Source: Catajapyx aquilonaris
Taxonomy: Eukaryota
Reading direction: 5' to 3'
DNA length: 64,000 nt
Assembly (NCBI GenBank): GCA_000934665.2
Contig: KZ538041.1
Span: forward strand, 62,001 to 126,000
Shown: piece after piece, positions 34,797 to 45,655 of the stretch
How positions within the stretch are numbered: the first letter of the stretch is position 1
Layout of the letters: each line of letters begins with the position of its first letter
Made by a program: the position numbers and the translations under genes
Notes under the pieces: generated by a model
Databases searched by the model: none
Told to the model about the DNA's origin: nothing
The model's input: the letters and a program-made list of their open reading frames with translations, nothing else

Positions 34797-37700
34797 CTGA
34801 GCCTGTCACACACAGAGAGGTACACTATTAAGATGTCGAAAATGAGCAGTAGATCCTATTGATGTACAGTTGAAGACCCCACACAATATGGACCTTACCT
34901 CTGCTGTTCACACTCTGTAGAGGTAGCTACCTAGAGAATGGTCCGGGTACTACTGAACTACTGTGCTGGGGGAGAACTTTTCCCAAAGGATGACCCTCGG
35001 AAACGAGGTCGACGGAGGACCATATCAAACAGGGATATCTTTGGAGGAAAATTGCGGCAATTATCACTGCTTATGGTTGGGACTCGTGAGCACGTAGCTG
35101 CTGAATTGCGCGATTTGTCAATCTTTTATTGGCCATTTACATCCACAGTTTCGGTTTTCACGCGGGCCACGAAGAAGTGTGTGACTGATGTGATGAAATC
35201 TTTGCATTGTAATCGTACATCTTGCACGTCTGAGAGGCATTCGTCATGTCCAAGGTTGCTCCCTTGTCAGGCTCTCTGATATAGCCTTTGCCTAGTTTAC
35301 TAACAATAGTCCACTTGGATGTGGAGGTCTAATCAGAACACTATAGTGTAGTCACATGCTAGCCGCTGTCATTTATTGGAAATTAATAAGATATTATCGT
35401 CTCTCATCCACAACAAAAGTAAATGTAATAATCTGAGGGAATGTTAATATGACAACCGTAGAAATGGCCCAGTCAGCACCGCGTGAAGTAAGGCATGTTG
35501 CATCTGTTGAGTGGACTTACCATGACATCTTTTCCAAGCAGAGAGCGTGAAATGTCGAAGTAAATTCTACAGGGTCACCACTATATAAAAATGCAGATCA
35601 TCATAATGCATTAAGGACATGCAATGTCATATGTAATTTTAAAATGACCTAATGCTACTAGCACAGCCATCCAGATTATTACATTGCAGATTATTAAAAT
35701 GTATGTAACTGCTATGGAATATGTTGATTGAGTGACACAATGTTTCTAACAATGAAGGCATATTTTGCTCCTTTAGCCTGTGGTGCAAAAAATCAGGAAA
35801 TAATTGCACATATTTATTGGCGCTTATTCATCTTTTATTAGTTCATGTTTATAACGAGCCTTTGTTTCTTTTTTTTCACTTGCGACCCCCCCCNCCCCCC
35901 CCCAGTCCTACTTATTCTCGCAAGGAATTTCCATACAAGGCAATTTCCCGTCCAAATGCACTGCTCTAACCCTCTACTTACATGCCGCTTCCCCAAATTC
36001 CTGCATGCGCCTTAGACTCATATAGGGTAGGCCTACCATAAGGTTTGGCAATACGGTATCTGGTAAGATCATAAATTTGGCACCTCTAAATTGGATTCTG
36101 ATGAAAGCATTATAACCTCACTGGAGCTTTCACCTAACATATGCAATAGCCATTACCGAGCAGGAATTTGCGTGAACATGCACAACTGATACATTGTATA
36201 ACAATAGGCGCCCGATTATGATCTAAGGATGTGGAGACATTCGCACTTACTAAGGAAGCGGTAGTGTTGAATCGACTCTGGAATAGTTTCGAGATAGTGG
36301 AAATTGAGCAGGATTCTTCTTCTTGTCTGGTATTGGGACCATGGGGTTTCCAAGGACTGGCTTTTTATGATCTGTAATTGTGGAATTCAGTGAAAACTGA
36401 GCTACATGCAGTGCAACATGTCGATTGGAGAGGTAATAATTCGCACCTTATACGTGCCACCGCGAACATGTAATCAGATCCGTTGTATAAACGAGGCCGT
36501 TTGGGTGTGGGTAAGCAACAATTTCTGGAGTAAACAATCACTAACATTGTCGTAAACCTTCCTGTTGACTTGGGCAGGGATACATTTAGGTGGACTTCTG
36601 ACTGAAAATATTTTTCTTGATGGCCCAAAATGTTTTGGTATCCAGCTGGGGGTTTCGAAACGTGTTAGCCGAAGGTTGTACCTTGGCATGTCAGAGAGCT
36701 GCTGTATTTACGCCTAGTTTTCAAATCAAGATCAAGGTAAACACGTTCTCGACCCAGGGTCATTTCTATTCTTGCCAAACGCACGCTGCGGAAGTGTTAC
36801 GTAAGGTCAGAGACTTTAAACTTGATCCGGCTAATTGGTGGTAGCAAAGGAGGAGAAATCGGGTCATGTTAATAGACGGCTACAATGACCCTGAAGTCGC
36901 GCTTTTCATTTTCGCAACATTCTGTACATCGCTGTACACAAATATGTGCATACTTCCTATAGCGTGTTACATTTCTTTTACAAAACGTATGCATATTGTA
37001 TGTGATTAACACTTTTCAATATTCGCCAATATTTAAGTTCGGGATGGTCTAACACTATGTTGTACATACCTGTCGTTTCCAGGCACAAAAGACGCATGAT
37101 CGAGCACAGAGTTCTAATAAGTCACGGCTTCAATTCAGCCTGTCGTAAGAGCAACTGGCGACAGTACCAGTAGCCAGGAAGTCAGTTCGGCAAGTGTAAA
37201 CGGTTCCCAGGCATATCCCGGACTAAACGATGCAGAGTTTTGGCCACAGCTTTCTCCCGAGATATTGACCTCCTTATATATCTATAAGAGGATGTGACAA
37301 TTATTACGGCAGCTCTAGGTCACTTTTTGTCACTTGTTTTCGTTTTTTTTTTGCATTGATGCGTAATAAATGACAACACGTCCGATCCATATTGAGAGTT
37401 AATAGAAATTTATGACATTTTCGCAATATCATAGAAGGCTTCTTTTGTTTCTGCATGTGCTGGTTACTTTCCCTTACGTCACGCACATGATATTCCACGT
37501 GCAATTAAAATTCGGCATATTTCGTAAAAAAGGAGCATGGGCTTTACGCCATGAGCAGGAGCGCATAAAGTGCAGGAGTGATTCACGTTTATTTCGGTCA
37601 CATGTTAGCAGAAAACTGACCTGGGAATAGTAATGCTCGTAGCAGAAACTACTGCTGGATATGTTGCAACTGCTCAAATCTCTCATTTGCATTTGAGCAT

Positions 37701-39345
37701 TATCAGAAGTCCTTACCCAATCATATCGATTTCCTTTCTCTCGGTATATAGGACGATTTTTCCACCAAAGTTGTCCAACACAAAGAACACTTATTTGCTA
37801 TGGGTGTTTCTTTATAAAAGGACCATCTCAGACACCATTCTTCTTTGCGGTCTATCATGTATTCTTCAGTAGTATCACAGCCATAAAGGCAGCCGGATAT
37901 AAGGGCACTTTGCTGAACAGCATGTGCATGCAAACTATGTAATTTGTGGAGAACAAGCAATCAAATTGGGAATTCAGGGTCAACAAGCACCTATATTTCC
38001 ACATAGTTACTACGAAAACAGTGAATAATCTTTGACCATGATCTTCTAAGTCATGAGATGGTAGGCGCATGTCAAGTTCATTATTTATAATATGGGAATA
38101 ATGAACCTATAACAATTTTGCATCTCTATACTGTAGCGTCAGCCTCTAAAAGTCTAATTGTTACAGGAAAATATGCTCATTTGCTCGCGTCTTTCAAAGT
38201 AACTGCGAAGTGGTTCTCAGACACTGTCCTTTTAATTAAAGGGACACGTTTCAGTAATTTTTGAACCTTGAATTTTCTTGCGTGCTAGTATGTGTGACGA
38301 AATCACTGTGAAAATGCAATGCTACAAAGAGTGTCATTTGGTAACAGTTGTGCCTATTAGTTAAAAAAATCACATATATAGAGAAAGGGTGGAGGGAGGT
38401 CCAGGAATTTTGAAGCAACATTTACGCACATGATTATGTGAAATTTTTGTACGTCAATGATACTGGACATCAATGGCTATATGAGTGGCGTACTCTATAG
38501 TACTCATTATTATGCGAGATGTTTTCAATGCCCAAGGTTTATTATCGCTCTTCACTGTCATATAATGACATTTTATTGCACTATTCATGTATCCGAATAG
38601 AAACTAGCTCCTCAGTTACGTAAAGAAACATCATTGCAGCAAAACTTGCCAAGAGAGGGGGGTCAAACGAGAGAGAGTGAAATCACCACAAAATACCACG
38701 AATCGCAGTTAAATGACCTATAAACACGCGATATCGTGTGCGATAGCATGGAAAAAAATTGGAGAAGAGGCGGGGAAGGTGGGATTAAGCCTTTACTGGC
38801 CAACCAAGTTGTATTCCAGGTCCTGGCAGGTGAGTGTCGACGAACCTTAATATGGATCATTATTAATAATAATTACCATCCAGCGCAATTGGGATATTTA
38901 GTCCTTTATTGTCTGTCACATTAGTGGGAACATACAGCACATGTAAGTTATTGACAGGCAAACGACCTGGACGCATGACCATGACCGTAACACTGTATAG
39001 AGACTTAATTTGTCATTTGGATCCAGTGACGCGACCTTGTCATCCTGAGACGTGACTCAGCATCTGAAAAATATTCGGGACTGAACGACAGCTAATTTAT
39101 TTGGAAATTTTTTTGTTGTTAAGGTACAGCACACAATGGCTCCAAGTTCAGTGGCCTATCCTCTTGCTCTCGGGTCCCATATGCGTTTGTAAGGATGATT
39201 CGGCGGCAGCTTCAAGAAAGCCCATGGATCTCGGTATGGCGCCGGTGTCGTCGTGTATTGGTGCCTCCAAGGAAACAACCATGGGAACGCAAATCTCGGA
39301 ATGTCTGGAAAATACATATTATGAGCACCATGCATCGTTGTGCGA

Positions 39346-41578
39346 TCATACCGTGTACATACCTGAACGCCTCGCATCCGAATCTGGGTAGACGGGCTTG
39401 TTCTTATTCTTCCATTCATCCTTGATCATATGCGCCGCCTTTTCTGCAATCATGACCACGGCCGCGTTGGGGTCACCACTGGTCAGCTCTGGCATGACGG
39501 AAGCATCCACCACCCTGAGGTTGTCCACCCCATGCACCTTGAGGGAGGGGTCCACCACAGACGAAGGGTCGCTCTTTGGACCCATCTTGCACGTGCCTGC
39601 ATAGTGATGCTCGCTGATTGTGTAGTGACGCATGTGGCACTCCCAGTATTCGTCGCTCAGGAAGGTGTGCTTCTGGCAGGGCGGAAGAGGCTGAGGAACC
39701 AGCCGGGAGTTGCATCTCTGGAACATGGTGGTGTTGGCCAGCTCCAGCGACAACCGGATGCCCTCCAGGAGGACATCCACGTCCTCTTGCTCCGTCAGGT
39801 AGTTGGGGATGAACGCGGGGTACAGGGAGGGGTCGCACCCTCGAAGGGACAATCGTCCTCTGCTCTTTGGCCTGAGCAGCACTGGACGTACGGACCACGA
39901 GTCAGCTCCGGAGTAGTCCTGGTAGCACCTCCAGATGTCATCTGAGAGACAATGTGTCTGTCTAATGCGACCTGCATCGGAGAGGATCGTGGCGGTGGAA
40001 AACCGGAGCTGGATGTCCGGACGGCGATCGTCGCTCATGCTGCTGTTCAAGTCTCCACCCCTGTTTGGAATTAATGCATTAATATGGGGGTGGATTAAGG
40101 AAGTGGAGGCTCCCTTACGAGGAGTGGATCCAAGCGAGTCCTTCCACGCCCCCAGGAGATGTCAGTGGTCCTTCACCCCTGTGAGTCCACAGCTGGAAGT
40201 TGTCCAAAGTGACGTACCGGTCAAACAGAGCCGTCACAGGCGAGTCCACCAGGAAGACAAGACCACCCACACTGAAATCAACACACTCAAAATATACTGT
40301 AATTTGAGCAATTTTGGTGCCACCTGCCTGATATGATCCTGCAGGTTTTGACCAACCCCAGGAAGGTCAACAACGGGCTTGACCCCGCTCTCCTTCAGGT
40401 GCTGCGAGGGTCCGATGCCCGAGAGCATCAGGATATGCGGAGAGCGCAATGCCCCTGCGCTCAGAATGACTTCCTTTCGGGCGCAGACAGTCTGTCCAGT
40501 CCAACCGCGACGGAATCGCACCGAGGTCACCCTCTTGGTGACCTCATCCACTGTCAGCTGATCCACCACCGCTCCTTGGGCCACGTGCAGGTTACGCCTT
40601 TTGGCAGAAGGCCGCAAGTAGGCTCGACTCACGCTGCACCGAGCACCGTCACGGATGTTCAACTGATGTAATAAACAATTGTGACCTTCAGATATGGCGT
40701 AATTGTATATTGACGAGTGCGTATCTTTTTTTTTCCCTGCTACATAACGAGGTCGAAATGAGGAAGTGCGATATTGTGCGTACTAACCTGTGGTATTGTA
40801 AACCCCGGTCTGATTTCCTCTTCGTCGTACCACACACTGTAACCCAGGTCCTCACCTCCTTGCAGAAAAGCAGCGGATAAGGGACTCAAAAACCGCAGTT
40901 TGGAAACAGTCAGAGGACCAGATGGGCATATCTTGTAGTCTTGTCTCTTGGGCGAAAAGTTGCGTCTTTCCGCTTTTTCAAAATATGTTTGCACTTTTTG
41001 GGAACCCCATCCTTCATTCCCCAACTCTTCCCAGTCGTCGAAATCCTGGTTACTACCTCTGACATGCAGCATGTGACCCAAAGAGCTGGACCCACCGAGT
41101 CCCTTCCCGGCGGTATATGGACACCTTTGACCTGAGCAGAAGAAACGATGTCATGCCACACCTAATATAGGAAACAACCATGTACCTTGCAATCCGAGGC
41201 AAAAGTTTCCATGTGGTTCCGTCAAGTATCTCCAGTCCATCTTGGTCAGCGCCACATATGGCACCAGGAATGGCACTTGTGACAACTCATTCTCGTCCTG
41301 TCCGGCTTCCAGAAGCAACACTGTCCACTCCGGGTTTTCGGACAGACGACTGGCCAACACCGACCCTGCCGACCCACCACCGATTATCACAAAATCGTAC
41401 TCGTGATCCAACACCTGCGGACATATTTAGGAACCATATTTGTGAAGAATTTAAACACGTTTAAATAAAATCGACTTGCATGTTGGTTGATAATAATTCC
41501 ATCGAAATGAGTCCGGCCTGTTAGTAATAGTGATAGAAACACGGCTGATAGTACTTTCAGGCCGGCTAGGAGGAACAT
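39346..41578 (-). CDS. GMC oxidoreductase, cluster copy 5 (most divergent; two GC-AG introns)
   Basis: Exons ~41578-41480, 41414-41186, 41131-40788, 40662-40328, 40271-40119, 40060-39346. Signal-like N-terminus, [51 protein letters not shown]. Confidence 0.88.
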
Positions 41579-42201
41579 TTTGGGTGGTGTGACGACGTGT
41601 GTCCGCCTTGCCTTCTGCGACAGGACTGTTCCTCAACACATGAGCGCCGAAGATATTATGAATGAGGAGGAGGGAGGCAGAGGAAGCAAAGGGTTCATGC
41701 CCTGGACCAAGGCCACATATTTTCTGCCTCTTTTCATAGGCGATAGGCCTGCTGTGCTGTATTGAGTCACCTGGCAAGTGTCTCACTGACTGCTCTGAAA
41801 TTACATGCGTCCTTCCCAGGTGTCACTCATTATGTCGTTAATTTATTTAATATTATGTTTACAGCATGGCAGCGACGGCCGTGCGTGATGGGAATTCAAT
41901 GCCAAACAAGTTTGAGTCACTTGAGAACTCTTGTCTTTTTCGTACGTTTTTCCCCTCCCTTCATTGCAGTGATGGGAACATTAAATGTGAGGTTGGATTA
42001 ACAAAATTAATTAGATCAAACAGACCTTTATTGATATCAGATGTTCTCAATGTTGTTGTCATCTGTGATGGAGACAATGATGTCACTGGTCGTCGCACAT
42101 ATTTATGTTTTTGAAGAAAAAAAGTCGACATCTTTGAAAAAAGTTACATTTCAATAATGGAAATTTCACACTTTCCCCCCTCTTAAGGTTCACGTGAGCA
42201 C

Positions 42202-42248
42202 AATGGGAATTCATGTAGAGTAAATTTTACTCTACATGTATTCCCATT
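42202..42248. repeat. Near-perfect 23-bp-arm palindrome with 1-nt centre
   Basis: AATGGGAATTCATGTAGAGTAAA-T-TTTACTCTACATGTATTCCCATT (one mismatch). Confidence 0.88.
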
Positions 42249-42656
42249 TTTTCCCTAAAAACCTGAGCCAGGCTGAGCTCTGCACACATAATTTAGTCCC
42301 CGTTTCAAAAACTTCATGTACACTGTGCTGTACTGTACCGAAAATAAGAAAACGTGCATTGAAAGATGATTACTGCACAGAACTCGTACATTACTGTGCT
42401 GCACTATGACACCCGAGAGATTGAAATCTTAATAAGTGTATGTTGCACATCTCCCTATCTTGGACGATTTCCTTGGAACCGTCAGTGTCCAACATAGACA
42501 TAGACTGTATAAGTGAATGATGTTTCTTGGACATGAGGAGATGATATGGTATGAGTCCTATCTGTTGTGATTTGGGACAATAACACAGATTATCGGATCA
42601 GGATTCTTGCTCCAGTATAGATGTAACCATGTAGTCCGGTAGGGTGGGTAAAACTT

Positions 42657-43332
42657 ACAAGGGAACGGTCAGGGTTGGGAACCTCCGATTTGGTTGAAAC
42701 TGGCGTGAGGGGTCATTCATGTGTGATAGACACAGTGGTGAAAGTGTTAGCTCGCAACGTCCAGCCGTTTCCGAGATATGAGCGACAGTAACATCCGAAT
42801 TTTGGCCACGCGCATTTGCCGGGAGCCGCTCTGCCAGCTCCAAATCCCTTCTACCTTGATTCCCCCCACTTTTTTCGATCCCACACCACCATCCCCCACT
42901 CCCCCACCAACAATTTCGTTTTCCATAGTTTCTTTGCTCCGGTATTTATTATGAGACCATCAAGCTACTTTCTTTCGCTTATGTCAACTGCGAATAAAGA
43001 GCTTCTATACTTAAAATTGGGTAATGGGGAAAACTCATAATAAATACCGGAGCAAAGAAACAATGGAAAACGAAAATGTTGGTGGGGGGAGTGGGGGATA
43101 GTGTATGGGATCGAAAAAAGTGGGGGGAATCAAGGTAGAAGGGATTTGGAGCTGGCAGAGCGGCTCCCGGCAAATGCGCGTGGCCAAAATTCGGATGTTA
43201 CTGTCGCTCATATCTCAGAAACGGCTGGACGTTGCGAGCGAACACTTTCACCACTGTGTCTATCGCACATGAATGACCCCTCACGCCAGTTTCAACCAAA
43301 TCGGAGGTTCCCAACCCTGACCGTTCCCTTGT
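42657..43332. mobile_element. Foldback / long-TIR non-autonomous element (~300-bp inverted arms, 78-bp spacer)
   Basis: 42657-42955 is the near-identical reverse complement of 43034-43332. The mirror ORFs 42655..42843(-)/43101..43376(+) and 42816..43040(+)/42979..43173(-) translate almost identically. No transposase; no clear TSD seen. Confidence 0.8.
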
Positions 43333-43572
43333 TAGTACCGCAAGTGAACCATTTTTTAAAAAACTTATTACTGTAGCAATGGGTTATCATGGCAACAGGT
43401 TTCCATTGCATCAACAATGATTGATTGTTGTTGATGACATTGCCATGGAAACAGGCCGTGCGAAGAACGGGCTCCTCTGCTACTGCAGAATAAAGAGCAT
43501 ATAACTTGTAATATCCAGAACCACTTATCTACCATGAAATTCGCCATTTCTTTGGTTTAAAATCAGATGGCC

Positions 43573-45655
43573 TCACCTCCGAGTCGCCTTCGAGTGGCCA
43601 AGTTCGCATTTTCCCAAGGAATGAAACATTCTCGATTGATCTTCAAGGTGAAGTATAGGAGTATTAGGAGAAACATTTTCGTCGGCAACGGGAACCTGGC
43701 TTGGGTCTGAGCATGTACTGTCTTCCTTTGCTTTTGTGCAAATGCGATTGCGTTGCGCACGTTTCCTCTTACACGAACAACGTATCCCGCAAAGTTCCTT
43801 TAAAAAAATAAAGAGAGATGCTAAACTTCCAAAGAAAAGCATTAAAAAAGGCCCTTTAACGTGATTCCACGAAAAGGCCTCATGCTCATCGGCATCGTGC
43901 ACATCGTTGGACTGCCTCTTGTTCATCGTGATCAGTGCCATTCTGTGACTCCAAAGTCTGTCGTACAACACCTCAAGACCAATGCTGTTGTACACTTGCA
44001 TCAAAGTTTTCGGCGTACATCGTGTCTTTAATAACAGCCACGGAACTGTACACTAGAACTAAATTGTCGGACGATATGAAGGTCGTGCCCTCTCCGAAAG
44101 GATCGGCTATTAATGCCAACTCTTTCAGCATCCGATCAGTCTCCAGGCACACGGTGTGCTCCGTGTGGATGTCCCTGACGCAGTCATTATCATGGGGAAC
44201 TGCTGTTATCTTTGAAAGGAATGTCCTGAATGATACCTTCGCGTCTTCGTCGACTGCATTAATGAAAGCAGCTATGTTCCAAGTAGTTTTTACAGAAAAT
44301 ACTGAATTTGTCACTTCGTTTATAGTCTCTGGCACGTATTCTCTAGGAGGGGACACGAGGATGTCGAAGAGTTTGCTGGTGTAACCTGTGCCAGCAATCA
44401 GGCAAAAGAATGCCCACATGACCAGAAAAACCCTGTGGGATGACGAATCTGGAAAGGAATATTTCGGCTGCTCGACAACAAATCGCGTGAGGTACTTGAC
44501 AACTGAACATGCGGAACGATACGATGGATACGGTTTCTCAGGTCCGACTTGCATCTTGGAAAGGAAAACGACAACTGCAATTGACAGGATGAGTGCACCG
44601 ACGAGACAACACCAAGGTACCAGCTCATACGGCATGACAATAATCCACGGCGTGATATTAACACGAGGTACACGTGCAAGAAAAGTAACTCTGTGCAATC
44701 GGTGAGGCGACGCGAAAAAGAAAATTTTGCTTAGGATATCCATCATGGGAACTTGGGGAATGAAGGACAACTTTCCGGACTGAAAATCATTCAATACCTC
44801 AAATGCCGCACTTGTGTCACTCACGAGAGTCTTAAAGTCAAAGGCAGTAATGCGCCATTTGAAATCAAGCCCAGCTCCCAAAAAGCACATTTGTCCGACA
44901 CCGTGAGTCATAGAGCATTTGAGATGATCAGAACTGTATGAAGCAATTCCTTCTAGAAATCCTCCATGCAGATCTCTGGTCCAGTCTGTGAGCAGTCCTT
45001 GTGCCAGCTCATGACTATCACTGCCTACGACACTCATTATCGTAGGCTCACCTTCGTCACAGAAGTGACACACTGATCTCGCTTCAAGGCTGCCATTTGC
45101 AAGAGGAGTGACTGCCACCTTGTACTTGATGCGACTAGCTGGCTTTTCCATCAGGAATTCATCCTCCTGGAGTGTATCTCTGACCCAAAACACAAACCTG
45201 TCCTTGACCTTCCTCGCCTCCATGATGCTTTCGTCTGGATCCAACAGTTGATCCAGGATGTCTGCATAGTTCTGCGAGCAAGTAGCAATCAGAAATATGG
45301 CACACTTGGCAGATCGACCTGTTTCGCGGAATGTGGCCATGTCCATCTCGCCAGAAGCATAATGAGTGCAATTCCACGTACTTTGGGACATGACCTGAGT
45401 GACCACCGAGGGTCGCCCGGCCTGAGACATGTTTCGTAAAAAGTCGTCAATCTCCTTGGGAATAGGGCCGTAGACATCGTGAGCTACCACCACAGGGCAC
45501 TGGGCGTCCCAAAGCAGCTCGTGTCCGAACAGGTCTTTCATAAGCTGAGGAACCGAATGGTCTGTTGTCACTGGATAAACTCTGTACATGGACACGATAC
45601 CGTCAGCAGTTATTAAAATTAAAGTTAAAGTGACTATCACACACGGCACCTTCAT
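43573..45655 (-). pseudogene. Divergent ionotropic receptor (IR/iGluR-like), frameshifted copy
   Basis: Close paralog of 46822..48753. An 8-bp deletion at 44002/44003 (tgcatc^aaag vs tgcatcCAGAAATCaaag) splits it into ORFs 43973..45697 and 43573..44004 and separates the last TM helix from the rest. Confidence 0.8.

Noticed and set aside
35886..35903. Poly-C run containing an N
   Set aside because: Most likely homopolymer sequencing ambiguity rather than biology.
42655..43376. Duplicated small ORFs (MELAERLPANARG..., MPGAALPAPNP...)
   Set aside because: By-product of the inverted repeat; non-ATG starts and no recognisable domain.
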